A DNA stretch of 64,000 nucleotides, taken from assembly GCA_963762255.1 (NCBI GenBank), contig CAVXKA010000003.1:640001-704000 (forward strand). Reading direction: 5' to 3'. Below are positions 36,573 to 47,475 of the stretch, in pieces. Under the pieces are notes generated by a model. That model worked only from the letters and a program-made list of their open reading frames with translations, did not search any database and was not told the DNA's origin. The stretch comes from Candidatus Eiseniibacteriota bacterium. GTDB taxonomy: Bacteria; Eisenbacteria; RBG-16-71-46; JABDJR01. The position numbers and the translations under genes were made by a program. The first letter of the stretch is position 1, and every line of letters begins with the position of its first letter.

Positions 36573-37991
36573 TCAACGCTGCGAGCGGGCGAGCCGAATC
36601 CCCACGTCCCAACCTTCGTAGTTGTAGCCCGCCCATCGGCGCTTGCCGCATCCCTCCTCCGAGGTGTAGGCGTCCATCCTCGGGATGAAGGCCCGCTCCC
36701 AACTGTCTCCCCGCAGCGCCTTCCAATCGTTGACGGCGGGGAAGATCGTCCCGGCGGCGGGGCCGGTCGGATCGTCGGCGGGTGCGGTCGTGTAGTAACT
36801 CAGGTCCACCCAATCCCAACACCATTCGGCCGCGTTTCCCAGAAGATCCAGGTGTCCGTAGGGGCCCGCCCCCAGAGGGAAGCTCCCCACCGGCAGGGCT
36901 CCACTGAAGATGGGGCCTCGTTCTTGAGACGCGGTGCCGAGTAGCACCGAGACGTTGGCCCGCGCCGAGCCCTGCCGGCCGTGGGCGAGCTCGATGCGCG
37001 GATCCTCGTTCCCCCACGGATAGCGACGATCGGGGAGCGGGTTCGCGCCGGCGGCCAGCACCAATCCACCGCGGGCGGCTTTCTCCCACTCGGCCTCGGT
37101 GGGAAGGCGATAGCCGTTGCGGTCGAAGTCGCATGTAATGTTGAAACCGTGGATCGAGAAGGTGGGGGTGAACGTGTAGGCCGGTTCCAGGCCGTCACGG
37201 ATCGAGAGCCAGTTGCACACGAGCGCCGCCCCCTGCCAGGTCAGCCCCAGGACCGGGAAGTCCTCGTACCCGGGGTAGACACGGACCCCGGCGCCGTCCC
37301 AGTAGAACCGCGAGATCCCCTGATCGGCCACGATGAATTCCCGCGGGGGCGTGGGCGTCGGCGTCCAGAGAAGGTACGGGGGTTGGTCGAGAGGGAGGCC
37401 GGTCAGTTCCCCGCGGGCCGCCGCCTCGGTAAGGATCTCCGCGCAGGCGGCGTTGGTCATCTCGGTGCGCGCCAGCGAGAAGCGAGAGAGCGTGATGGCG
37501 CCCTGCGGGGTGAACGAGATGAACGCGGTCTGATCGGGGCGCTCGCCGCGCAGGAACGCGCCCTCGTGGACGGTGATCATGTCGAAGGTGCCGTCGGAGG
37601 AGGCCCCCGCCACCATGCGATCCGCGGTCAGGGTTACGGCGTCGATCGCATCGCTCACCACCACCTCAACGTGCAACTGGCCAAGCTTCGCGGGTTGCAC
37701 GAGAGCACGGGACATGCCGGCCGTCGGCGGCCCCGACCCCCGCATGCTCCCCCACTTCCATGCGTAGTTGAGGTCGTCGAGCACCGAGGTGTCCTCGTTG
37801 TGGACGACCACATACGCGGTCACCGTGTCCGCCACCTGCGGCGTGTTGTTCGAGAACTCGAGGGTCAACTCGAGACCCCCGAGCTTGTGCGTCGGCGGCG
37901 GGGTCGAGGTCTTATCGCCCCCGCAGCCGGGCAGGGCGAGGATCGCGACGAGCGCGACGAGCGGCAGCGCCGCGATCCTGCGCCGTACCAT
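36573..37991 (-). CDS. SUMF1/FGE-sulfatase domain lipoprotein
   Basis: Lipobox LPGC; GYRLPTEAEWEKAARGG, YPWG, PVGSFP, DLLGNAAEWCWD, GIRLAR; no FGE catalytic Cys pair. Confidence 0.85.
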   Translation of the reverse strand: MVRRRIAALPLVALVAILALPGCGGDKTSTPPPTHKLGGLELTLEFSNNTPQVADTVTAYVVVHNEDTSVLDDLNYAWKWGSMRGSGPPTAGMSRALVQPAKLGQLHVEVVVSDAIDAVTLTADRMVAGASSDGTFDMITVHEGAFLRGERPDQTAFISFTPQGAITLSRFSLARTEMTNAACAEILTEAAARGELTGLPLDQPPYLLWTPTPTPPREFIVADQGISRFYWDGAGVRVYPGYEDFPVLGLTWQGAALVCNWLSIRDGLEPAYTFTPTFSIHGFNITCDFDRNGYRLPTEAEWEKAARGGLVLAAGANPLPDRRYPWGNEDPRIELAHGRQGSARANVSVLLGTASQERGPIFSGALPVGSFPLGAGPYGHLDLLGNAAEWCWDWVDLSYYTTAPADDPTGPAAGTIFPAVNDWKALRGDSWERAFIPRMDAYTSEEGCGKRRWAGYNYEGWDVGIRLARSQR

Positions 37992-37993
37992 GA

Positions 37994-39415
37994 CTACGCC
38001 TTCGCCTCGGCGGTCTTCTCCTCGCGCCCCCACTTCACACCCTTGGTGAACCACCCCTTCATGAGGAGCGCGATGAGCGGGCCGCCGAAGGCCAACGCGC
38101 CGAGGATGAGCCAGAGCGCGCTCGGGGAATGCCAGAACGGAACCGTGCCCGCCCGCAGCTTCTCGCCGATGTCCAGCGGCACATAGCGGGTCAGCATGTG
38201 ACCGGACATGAGACTCACCATGGTCTTGGCCATGAAATACGGGACCATGGAGAGACCGAGGTAGGTCCCCTCCTGTCCCTTGGGCGCGATCGCCGCCGTG
38301 TACTCGGAGAGCCGCGGCGACCAGATCACCTCGCCGATGGTGAGAACGACCAGAGCCACGATGGAGGTGACGTAGGTCGCCTGACCCACCGAGGGGATGG
38401 CGAGTACGAAGAGCGACAGCGCCGAGATCATGCCGCCGTACGTGAGCATCTTGTACACGCTGAACCGGTTCAAGACCGGGATCAGCACGATGAGCCCGAT
38501 GATGACCAGGATCGGGTTGATCGCCTGGAGCGTGCCGATCGCTGCGTCCGGACCGATCACTCGCAGCCAGTACTTGGGCCAGAGCAGGTGCAGGTAGAGG
38601 AAAACCGCGCGCACGAAGATGAGGAGCGAGGCCAGCACGAGGAAGCGCCAGAAGATGGACTCGCGCAACACGTCGCCCGCCACCTGCCAGGGATTGCGCT
38701 TGGGCCCGGTGCGCGCAGGCTCGACGACCTCGTCGGCATCGTAGACCTGATCCTCCCGGCGGATGACCGTCAGCGCCAGGATGAAGCAAACCAGGTGGGC
38801 AACGATGGCGAAGGTGAAGATGTGGGCGTTGGGCAGATGGAGCGCCAGCCGGATGATGTCGATCAGGAACCCGGCGGCGGCGGCACCGATGTTCATGAAG
38901 AGGTACCAGAGATTAAATCCGGCACCGCGCGAGCTGCGCGTCGTGAAGCGCTTGTTCGCCGCCTGGTAGTTGGTCTGGACCATGGCTACGAAGGGAGCCA
39001 TGACGAAGAACGCCGCGATGGCGATGGCGCCGCGGTGTTCGGGGAAAAGGTCGGGGTTGAGGGCCAGGACCATGACCGTGCCGCGGGCGATGAACTGCCC
39101 GACCATGGCGACGAGGAACGACTTCCGGATCCCCAGCCAGTCGGTCACCATGCCCGAGAAGAACAGGCAGATGGTGGTCGTGCTCCCGTAGATGGTCATC
39201 GCATATCCGGCTTTTTCGTCGCTAAAGCCGAAATCGTCAGACAGCATGACCACCGCGATGGTGAGGATCGAGAAGAACGTGATGCTGTCGATGAGGTTGA
39301 TGACCTGGATGCCCCAGTACTCGGCGCGGGTCCGCTTCAGTACCTGGAAGTCCTTGAAGTAGTCGACAACCGTGCCGATCAGACCGCGGCGAGCAGCCTG
39401 CGTTTCCCCACTCAT
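37994..39415 (-). CDS. MFS transporter (POT/peptide-like)
   Basis: About 12 TM segments; GMVTDWLGIRKS, GFNLWYLFMNIGA, AINP, GEVIWSPR..EY. Confidence 0.85.
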   Translation of the reverse strand: MSGETQAARRGLIGTVVDYFKDFQVLKRTRAEYWGIQVINLIDSITFFSILTIAVVMLSDDFGFSDEKAGYAMTIYGSTTTICLFFSGMVTDWLGIRKSFLVAMVGQFIARGTVMVLALNPDLFPEHRGAIAIAAFFVMAPFVAMVQTNYQAANKRFTTRSSRGAGFNLWYLFMNIGAAAAGFLIDIIRLALHLPNAHIFTFAIVAHLVCFILALTVIRREDQVYDADEVVEPARTGPKRNPWQVAGDVLRESIFWRFLVLASLLIFVRAVFLYLHLLWPKYWLRVIGPDAAIGTLQAINPILVIIGLIVLIPVLNRFSVYKMLTYGGMISALSLFVLAIPSVGQATYVTSIVALVVLTIGEVIWSPRLSEYTAAIAPKGQEGTYLGLSMVPYFMAKTMVSLMSGHMLTRYVPLDIGEKLRAGTVPFWHSPSALWLILGALAFGGPLIALLMKGWFTKGVKWGREEKTAEAKA

Positions 39416-39544
39416 TATGCCTCCTCTCCCCTTGTCGCCGGCGCGTGGAACACCCGGGTCGCATTGCCCGTTCGGGCGGCGCCAGCATACACTCTCCGCC
39501 TCGGTCGTTCACCCCCGCAATGGACCCCGATTGGGAGGCCTCGC

Positions 39545-41566
39545 ATGCGTCGCATTCTCACCTTCCTGGGCACCCTGTCACTCATCGCGTGCGCCTGTGC
39601 CGCGGCCGGACTTCCCGTCGGCGCCGCCGGTGCCACGGGTGAGACCGCCCCCGACGTGCAGCAGTTCCTGAAGATCCGCACACCGGCCGGCCCCGCGCTG
39701 CTTCCCGACGGCACGCTGCTCGTGCGCGACTGGCCGGATGGGATCTGGCAGCTCTACCGCGTCACGCCGGGGAGGGGCGCCGACGGCGCGCCCAGTTTCG
39801 ACCCCGCGGTGTCCACCCGGGTGCGGCTCACCGATTTTCCCGACGGACTCTCGGGCTACACGCTCTCGCCCGACCGCCGCTGGGTGGTTCTCATGCACGC
39901 GCGGGGGGGCAACGAGAACACGCAGCTCACGCTCTTGGACCTGAACGCGCCCGTGGGCTCCGAGATGCGGCCCGTGCTCGCCAACCCCGCCGTCCAGGCG
40001 TCGGTGAACGCGTGGTTCCGCGACAACTCCGGGTTCATGTATTCGGCGAACGACGAGAACCCGAACGATTTCCATCTCTATCGCTACACCATCGCGGACG
40101 GGAAGACCGAGAAGCTGCTGGCCCGGACCGGTTCCTGGCGGGCCGGGGACGCCACGCTCGACAAGTCGAGGGTGCTGGTCGAGGAGGAGTTCTCGGCGTC
40201 GGACAGCCGCGTCTACGAGTTGGATGTGGCGACGGGGGCGCTGACCGATCTGACCATCGCTCCCAAGGACGGAACGGCGTCCTGCGCGATCGTGGGCTAC
40301 ATGCCCAGCGAGCGCGAGGTCCTCCTGCGTTCCGACATCGAGAACGGGTTGCATCGCCTCTACCTCAAGACGCTCCGCGGCGGCAAGGTCCGCCAGCCGA
40401 TTCCCGCGCTGGGCGCGCACCAGTTGGACGGCGCCGGGGTGAACGACACGCGCCAGTATCTCGTCACTTCGAGCAACGAAGACGGCTACGCGACGCTGCG
40501 CGTCTTCACGCTCCCCGCCTTCAAGCCGGTGACCTTGCCCCCCATGGAGAAAGGCCTCGTGTACGGGTCGGGCCTACGCGGCAACACGCTCATCTGGTCG
40601 CTCAACAACGCGCGCAATCCGGGGGCGGCCTACGCGACGACGCTCGATCCTGAGAAGCCAAAGGCAACGCCGGTCACGCGACAGATCACCTGGACCGACG
40701 ACCAGGGGCTCGACCTCGCGAGCTTTCCCCTCCCTGAACTCATCCACTACCCCGCCTTCGACGGCCGGCAGATCCCCGCGTTCCTGTTCCTGCCGCCGGG
40801 CCATGTCGATGGCGCCGCGATCCCCTTCATCGTGCTCTATCACGGCGGACCCGAGGGGCAGGCCCGTCCCGCGTTCAACGGACAGCAGCAGTACCTTCTC
40901 GCGCGCGGGTTCGGCATCCTGATGCCCAACGTGCGCGGCAGCACGGGCTACGGGCGCGACTTCCAGATGATGGACGATTACCGGGGACGCTGGGCAAGCG
41001 TCAAGGACGGCGTGGACGCCGCCGAGTGGTTGGTGAGCCAGGGTTACGCCGAACCGGGTCGGATCGCGACGTACGGCGGCTCCTACGGCGGGTTCATGTC
41101 GGTGGCATGCATCGTAGAGGATCAGGAACGCGTGGAGCGCGGTGAGCGGGAGCAGCGGCTCTTCGGCGCGTGCGTCGACATCGTCGGCATCGTGAACATG
41201 AAGACCTTCCTCGAGCGCACGAGCGGCTACCGCCGCAAGCTACGCGAAGTGGAATATGGCCCGCTCGGCGATCCCGAGTTCCTGCTGAGCGTCTCGCCGC
41301 TCGAGCGCGTGGGCAAGATCCAGGTGCCGGTGTTCATCGCGCACGGGTTCAACGATCCGCGGGTGCCGGTGGAGGAGGCGATGCAGCTTTCCATGGCGCT
41401 CAAGGAGGCCAAGCGGAACCCGCGGGTGTTCATCGCCCCGGATGAAGGCCACGGCTTCGCCAAGCTCGACAACCGGATCTACTTCGGGGAGCGGGTCGCG
41501 GCGTTTCTGGATGAGACGATCGGGGGCGGGGCGGCGGCGGGCGGCGGCGCCGGCGAAGGGCAATAG
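39545..41566 (+). CDS. S9 family (prolyl oligopeptidase/acylaminoacyl) peptidase
   Basis: Signal peptide; HGGPEGQ, PNVRGSTGYG, GGSYGG, NDPRV, DEGHGF. Confidence 0.92.
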   Translation: MRRILTFLGTLSLIACACAAAGLPVGAAGATGETAPDVQQFLKIRTPAGPALLPDGTLLVRDWPDGIWQLYRVTPGRGADGAPSFDPAVSTRVRLTDFPDGLSGYTLSPDRRWVVLMHARGGNENTQLTLLDLNAPVGSEMRPVLANPAVQASVNAWFRDNSGFMYSANDENPNDFHLYRYTIADGKTEKLLARTGSWRAGDATLDKSRVLVEEEFSASDSRVYELDVATGALTDLTIAPKDGTASCAIVGYMPSEREVLLRSDIENGLHRLYLKTLRGGKVRQPIPALGAHQLDGAGVNDTRQYLVTSSNEDGYATLRVFTLPAFKPVTLPPMEKGLVYGSGLRGNTLIWSLNNARNPGAAYATTLDPEKPKATPVTRQITWTDDQGLDLASFPLPELIHYPAFDGRQIPAFLFLPPGHVDGAAIPFIVLYHGGPEGQARPAFNGQQQYLLARGFGILMPNVRGSTGYGRDFQMMDDYRGRWASVKDGVDAAEWLVSQGYAEPGRIATYGGSYGGFMSVACIVEDQERVERGEREQRLFGACVDIVGIVNMKTFLERTSGYRRKLREVEYGPLGDPEFLLSVSPLERVGKIQVPVFIAHGFNDPRVPVEEAMQLSMALKEAKRNPRVFIAPDEGHGFAKLDNRIYFGERVAAFLDETIGGGAAAGGGAGEGQ

Positions 41567-41582
41567 CACACGCGGGCGCCGT

Positions 41583-43571
41583 CTATTTGAGCCCCTCCAC
41601 CGCCTGCGCGCGCAGCGCGGCGGCGTCCGCGCGATCGAGGCGATCGAGAATGCCCTCCCAGCGCACCCGAATCCCCTTCGGCTCGGGCGTGCGATCCGCG
41701 AAGAGATCTCGCAGGCCGACCGCAGGATCTCGCAGCAGGCGCTGCATGCGCTCGACTTCCTCGGCGAGGCCCGCCGCGAACGCCTCCACGGAAGCGGCGA
41801 TCTCGGACTCCGGTCGGCCCTGCGCCCGCGCCCGATCCAGATGCCGGCGCACCCTGGCCAGACACTGTGGGAGCTTCGCATCGAGCGGCGTGGTCCAATC
41901 GGCGAAGGAGCCGGTGGTCTCCGCGATGTAGAGACGCTCCGGGAGCCCCGCCGCGTTGAACTGCACCATCTCGTCCCCGTCGTCGAAGTGGAGCCTGCCG
42001 TCACGCGGCGAGGCGCGGCCGATCACCAGGCTCGCCCCCGCGGCGGTACCCAGGAACCGCGTGAGCCGCGGCAGGAATCCGGGACGCCCGTAGCGCGTCG
42101 GAAGGATCTTATCGCTGGCCGTGCCCGGCACGTACTCGCGGTGGAAGAAGAAGACGGGGACGGACGGCCGGCCCACCACATCCTCCTCCAATCGGATCTC
42201 CGAGAACGAAGGGACGGGCACGCCCAGCGCGGTGATCGCACGCAGACGATCGAAGATGTAGTTGCGGTACTCGACGGTTTCGCCTATCGCTTGCTCGGCT
42301 GAGACCCCTTGGTCCAGACGGTGTCGCACATCCCACTTGATCATGCGCACGAGGCGGATGGCCGTGCCGCCCGATTCCTGTTCCAGCACGACGAGGAACA
42401 CCTCGCGCTGCTCGCCGGAGCGATTGCGGGCCGTCTGGGCCGAGGTGACACGGCCCACGTTCACCGCCACGACGCCAGGCCAGGTCTTCAGGAAGTGGTT
42501 GATAAGATGCCGCGCCCGCGGTTCCGCGTTCGGCTCGAAGACCGGCTCGCCGTTCGCCCCGAAGAGGGACCCGCCGTCGAAGCGCGCGCCCGGCAGCCAG
42601 CACACGTTGAGCCGGAACTCGGGGCTCAACCCCAGTGCGTACTCCTCGAGTGTGGTTTCGTCGATGTCGAAGAGCCGGCAGAACATGGTGGTGCGCCAGG
42701 CGAGACAGTTCTCGTCATCCTCGCGCAGCTCGGGCCCCGCCGCTCGCGCGAAGGCGTCGGCGACGTCCTCGAAGAGGCGTTCGGCCTCGGACGCTTCGCG
42801 CGCCGCCATCCCGACGGCCTGCGCGCGCTCCAGCGCGTCGATCACGACGGGCAACCCGCGGGCATCGAGCGCGCACCCTGGTGGAAGGAAGAACCGCAGC
42901 TCGCGCACGCCCTGGCGGTTGAGAAGACCGGTGAGCTCCACGATCTCGCGGAGCCGGGCCAGCGCCTCGGCGGGGTCGCGCCGAACGAGCGGGCGGATGC
43001 GGCTGAATTCCTCATAAGTGAGATAGCGCCCGCCGGTGGGGGCGTTCTGATAGTAGGCGGCGCCGGTGCCGACTTGCACACGGCTCAAGCGGATCTCGCG
43101 GACGATCTCTTCTTCGGATCGCGGTTGCGGGGAGATGCGCCAACTCTCGCCGCGCCGACGCACTTGCTCGCGGACTTCGGCGAGGTGCACGCCGATGAAC
43201 TGGATCCGCTCCTTGGGAAGGAGCCGCTGGAGCATCTCGTCGCTCGCGAAGCACCGTTCCATCCGTCCGGGGTCGCAGCGGATCAACACCACAGGGTCAC
43301 GAATGATGAGGGCGACCGCGTCGGCGTAGACCTCCGCGTCGTCGATCACGGTCTCGCGTTCGAGATAATCCATCATGCGCAACGCCTGCGCGGCGTGGAT
43401 GCCGCGTCCGCTCACGACCGCGTGGAATTGCGGGAAGGCACAGGCGATGGGGCTTTGCGGACGGCCGTCGGCGTCGCGCGAGAAGAAGTCGGGGCCGAGG
43501 AGAACGACGCCGTTCACTTCCCGAGGCTCGTCGGCGGAAGAGGCCGGAGAGGCGTCCGAGGCGGTGCTCAT
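41583..43571 (-). CDS. Hypothetical protein; C-terminal half possibly an atypical kinase-like fold
   Basis: 662-aa ORF packed between neighbours on the same strand as the upstream gene; LGVPVP, REYVPG, LHFDDGDE motifs. Confidence 0.7.
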   Translation of the reverse strand: MSTASDASPASSADEPREVNGVVLLGPDFFSRDADGRPQSPIACAFPQFHAVVSGRGIHAAQALRMMDYLERETVIDDAEVYADAVALIIRDPVVLIRCDPGRMERCFASDEMLQRLLPKERIQFIGVHLAEVREQVRRRGESWRISPQPRSEEEIVREIRLSRVQVGTGAAYYQNAPTGGRYLTYEEFSRIRPLVRRDPAEALARLREIVELTGLLNRQGVRELRFFLPPGCALDARGLPVVIDALERAQAVGMAAREASEAERLFEDVADAFARAAGPELREDDENCLAWRTTMFCRLFDIDETTLEEYALGLSPEFRLNVCWLPGARFDGGSLFGANGEPVFEPNAEPRARHLINHFLKTWPGVVAVNVGRVTSAQTARNRSGEQREVFLVVLEQESGGTAIRLVRMIKWDVRHRLDQGVSAEQAIGETVEYRNYIFDRLRAITALGVPVPSFSEIRLEEDVVGRPSVPVFFFHREYVPGTASDKILPTRYGRPGFLPRLTRFLGTAAGASLVIGRASPRDGRLHFDDGDEMVQFNAAGLPERLYIAETTGSFADWTTPLDAKLPQCLARVRRHLDRARAQGRPESEIAASVEAFAAGLAEEVERMQRLLRDPAVGLRDLFADRTPEPKGIRVRWEGILDRLDRADAAALRAQAVEGLK

Positions 43572-43572
43572 C

Positions 43573-44478
43573 CTATCGCAAGGCCTTCACGTACAGCCGC
43601 TCCGCACCGTAGTCGAAGATGCAGTTGAACCGGCGGAGGAGTCCGTTACCGATCACCGCATCCGCCCCGGGCTGTTTGGATCGCACTGCAGCCGGCGTGA
43701 AGGCGACCTCCAGGTCGCTCACGCGTCGCGGGCCCAGACCCACCCAGGCGATGCGGCCGCGCTGCCCCTGGATGTCGCCGCTCAAGCCCCGCCCAAGATG
43801 GACATCCTCGAGGCTGTCCGGCAGGGTGAACTTCATGCCGTCCCGGGTGAGGAACTCCACGGTCTCGCTGGACGCGAGGTCGATATAGCAGGAGAGAGTC
43901 TCGACATCCGCTCCGCCGATGCTCGTCCTGATCTCCGTCCAGGGAATCCGGTTCTCCTTGAACGTGAGCGGCAGCTCCGTCCAGGTGGAATCGGGGCGAC
44001 CGCCTCCCGAGGGGCGCAGCGCGATTTCCATGAGGTCGTAGTCGATCTCCACCGCATACGATCCGAAGAGCGAGTGCCCGCATACGCCGTCCGACGAGAA
44101 TCCCTTCATCGCGTCGCCTTCGAGGATGATGACGCGCTGACGTTCGAAGGGGACGTCTCCCACCTGGAAGGACATCGAGTCGGCCACGAGGGCGGTCTGA
44201 GGCGGGCCTGACCCCGCGCCACCCATGCTGGCCTGGAACGGGTTTCGAAGCTCGATGCTATCGGCAAGCGCGCTGTTGTAGATCAGCACCCCGTCGAACG
44301 CCATGCCGCTATCGAGGATGATGCTCAGGGGGCGGGATCCGCCGACCGTCACCGGCAGGAGAATCTTGTTCGCACGCACTGTGAAAGAAATGCGCGGAAG
44401 CGAGCCGACGTCGATCGGCTGCGCGGCGGACATCGTCGTCGCGAGCAGAGCCAGAGTCAGGAGAATCGCGCGAAGCAT
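43573..44478 (-). CDS. Secreted two-lobed retropepsin-like aspartyl protease
   Basis: Signal peptide; ILDSG, DGVCG, second lobe YIDLAS, VIGNGLLRRF..IFDY. Confidence 0.8.
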   Translation of the reverse strand: MLRAILLTLALLATTMSAAQPIDVGSLPRISFTVRANKILLPVTVGGSRPLSIILDSGMAFDGVLIYNSALADSIELRNPFQASMGGAGSGPPQTALVADSMSFQVGDVPFERQRVIILEGDAMKGFSSDGVCGHSLFGSYAVEIDYDLMEIALRPSGGGRPDSTWTELPLTFKENRIPWTEIRTSIGGADVETLSCYIDLASSETVEFLTRDGMKFTLPDSLEDVHLGRGLSGDIQGQRGRIAWVGLGPRRVSDLEVAFTPAAVRSKQPGADAVIGNGLLRRFNCIFDYGAERLYVKALR

Positions 44479-44532
44479 GACGGGGTCAGCATACCTCTCC
44501 GGAGGCGATTGGCGCGACGGCTACCGGAGCCG

Positions 44533-47275
44533 TCAGCGCACCAGCACCATCCGGCGGGACTCGATTCCACGATCGGTTTGGATGCTGTAGAAGTACATGC
44601 CTCCCGCGGCGGGGCGCCCCGAGGCGTCGCGCCCGTCCCAGCTCACGCTGTGGGCTCCCGCCGGCATCCGCTCGGAGAGGATTTCCTTCACCAGCCGCCC
44701 CTGAAGGTCGTAGACCAGGATCGTCGCGTTGCTCTCGGCCGCGAGTTCGAAGGCGATGGTCGTGCTGGCCGCGAACGGGTTGGGCATGTTCCGGAGCAGG
44801 TGCACGGACAGCGGCTCGGTGTCGCCGACCCCGCCCTGGACCCCGTACATGGCGGCCACGAAGTCGGGCCGGTCGATGAACGGGTTCCGGTTCGCCTGGA
44901 AACCGTAGATCACCTGGTTCCGCTCCCGCTCCTTCTCGCTCACCGGATCCTGCAGGTGCCACTCGATGAGCATGTTCTGCGCCCAGGGGAGGAGGGTGCA
45001 GCCGTCGGTCATGTCGCTCCCCGGCCACGAGCCATCCTCTGTGTAATAGCGCGCGGTCATATAGAAGTAGGTCCGCGCGAAGTCCCCCTTGTAGGCGTCG
45101 ATGGGCTCGAACACGGTGCCGGTGTAACCGGGATAGGTGTTCGGCCCTCGCTTGCAGCCGTTCTGGGAGGTGTAGGTGGGTGAGGACACTTCGCCGTAGG
45201 GATAGTTGCTACGGATGCCGTTCACGTAGATGTCGGTGGGATAGAGCTGGAAGAGATCCGAGTACATCGGGGAGGCGTCCCCGAACCAGCTCTTGGGCCA
45301 GGAGTGCTCGCGATTGTAGCCGTCCCCCTCGCCGTCGGCCGACCCTCCTTCGTCGGTGCCGAAGGTGTACTCATAGGGAGGCGTGCCACCGGGCACGTCG
45401 GAGTACATGTCCCATACCTTGCCGTTGGCCTTGTTGTCGGTGGTGTAGAAGGCGGTGAACGCGTAGTCGTAGCTCCTGACGGTGTGATTGTCGATGATCA
45501 GGTGGAGCGCCATGCGCAGATCCTGCCCGCTGAGGCCTTCGGCACTGGCGTAGTAGCCGGCAGGCGGACTGTAGGCGCTGACGTCGAAGTTGTCCGTCGC
45601 GCCGATCATCGCGTTGTCGTAGGGATCCTCGACGCCCGTGATGGTAAGTGTGTAGGTGCCGGTGCCCATGGTGTTGACGCTCAACAGAACCTGATCGGGC
45701 ACTCCGGGCACCACCTGCGCGGTGAGAATGGTCACGCCGGGGATGGAGTAGTAGGCCTTCGTCGCCGCGGTGGTCGGATCCAACGGTTCCGAGAAGTCGA
45801 CACGGATCGAGGTCAGGCCCTCGGCCGCGGCCTGGAGAAGAAGCGGCGCAAACGTGTCCCCTGCCCAGACGATGTCGCCCGCGCTGCGCGGCTCGAGCTT
45901 GAACTGTCCGCTGGAGTAGCCCACCGGCCCGGTCACGTTGTAGCGCGTGCCTCGAATCGGCGTCGAGTTGTACCCCCGCTCGCCGACCCGGGCTGTGCCG
46001 CTTCCGTCGTTGATAGCCCACTCCCCCGCACCCAGTTCGACGGTCGTGCACTGCGCGTTCGACACGGCCACCAGCACGCCCTCGTAGGCCTCGGAGACGG
46101 TGGCGACGGTGGTGAGTGCGATCGGCGCCGGCGGGCTGACCGCGGCGTACGGCGCTCAGCACGGTCGCGCCGGAGAGAACCGTGTTGCCGTCGAGGCCCG
46201 AGCCATACGCCTCGGTCACCGTGCCCTGCACGATGACGGTGTCCCCGACCGAAGGAGCCGTCGCGCCGACCGCCCAGAGCCCGTGCCACGCCGCCGCCGC
46301 GTCTTGCAGCACGTAGATCGTGCCGTACACCGAGGTGACCACGCCGCTTGTCATGACGGACGACCCGGCGTAGGGAGAGACCGATGCTTGTCCCTGGATG
46401 GCGTAAATCGAAACCGGGGTGCCGAGGCTGTAGCTCGCCTGAGGCGAGATCGTAGAGGCAGGCACGTTATTGGCGGCCTCGATCGTGTAGTAGACCGTCG
46501 CGCCGCCTGCCTGCGCGGGAATGGCGCTGTTGGTTCGGTAGGTGCTCCCCGACTGCAGCGACATCGTGATGGTGTTGGGCAGAGTACCCGAAGAGGTTCC
46601 CCAGTGTGCAACCACCGAGGTGATCGTGGCCGCACCGTCGGTGACGTCGGCCAGCAGGTTCACGGTCTGCCCGACGAGAGGGGAAGCGGGATCGGTGACG
46701 ACGTTGGCGATCGCGGGACCGGTCGGAGGCGGGGTGCCGTGGGTGCCGGGGGTGCCCTGCGTCGGATAATCGATGGCGGTACCGGTCCACTGCGAGGGGA
46801 TGTACGTGGTGCTCGGCGAGGTCACGCCCGCGTTGCGGACGTAGTCCATGTTCTCGAATCGTGTCCCGTCGACGACCACGTAGTCGATGAGGGTCGCACC
46901 GTTGTAGAGCTTCGCTCCGTCGCCGACGTTGCCATTCCAGGTGCTATTGCTCGTGGACCACGCCTCGAGAGGGAAATCGACGGGGAAGGAAACCGTGAGG
47001 GTCTGATCCCCCATGACCAAGGCGTCCCCGGGCTGGATCGTCCCCGAGAGAGTCCAGGTGAAAATGTTGACGGTGTTCCCTACCGCAACCAGGGTCCAGC
47101 CGGTCAGGTCCACCGGCGCGGCCCCGGTGTTGGCGATCTCGATGAACCGGTCGGTGAGGTAGTTGAGACGGGGATCCGCCAGCTCGGAAATGATGACCGC
47201 CGCCTGGGCCGGAGCGAACGCGGGGGTGACGGCGAGGAGGAGAACCAGGAACCCGAGGACGGCTGCAAGTCTCAT
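44533..47275 (-). pseudogene. Secreted LTD/OB/Ig/endonuclease I protein with FlgD-Ig (T9SS-like) CTD, frameshifted near 46150 (possibly an assembly error)
   Basis: The N-terminal part (45371..47287 ORF) and the C-terminal part (44533..46077 ORF) together align end to end with the intact paralog 51806..54814; NREHSWPKSWF, KGDFAR, NRNPFID, PNPF...YDLQGRLV...WDGRD. Confidence 0.8.
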
Positions 47276-47475
47276 TGGGTGCAACACCTATTCGATTGTG
47301 AGTTGGGCAGTAGAGCGGTTTGCTGGCGACCGGCCCCGAAAACGTCCACGATGGGAGCGGCAACAATTCTACCACGGAACGGGGCCAACCCCAACGACAG
47401 GTTGCGGTGGAGGAAATGAAACGGGGCGCAGCGAACGAGTCGCTGCGCCCCGGATCGGGAATCTATGGAACAGCT

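Noticed and set aside
36573-37991. Active formylglycine-generating enzyme maturing the AlkP/sulfatase-like proteins
   Set aside because: It lacks the FGE catalytic Cys pair, and the AlkP proteins lack a C/SxPxR sulfatase motif.
38129-39544. N-terminal extension of the S9 peptidase (1145-aa ORF)
   Set aside because: It is antisense to the MFS gene; a signal peptide and GGAGG RBS mark the true start at 39545.
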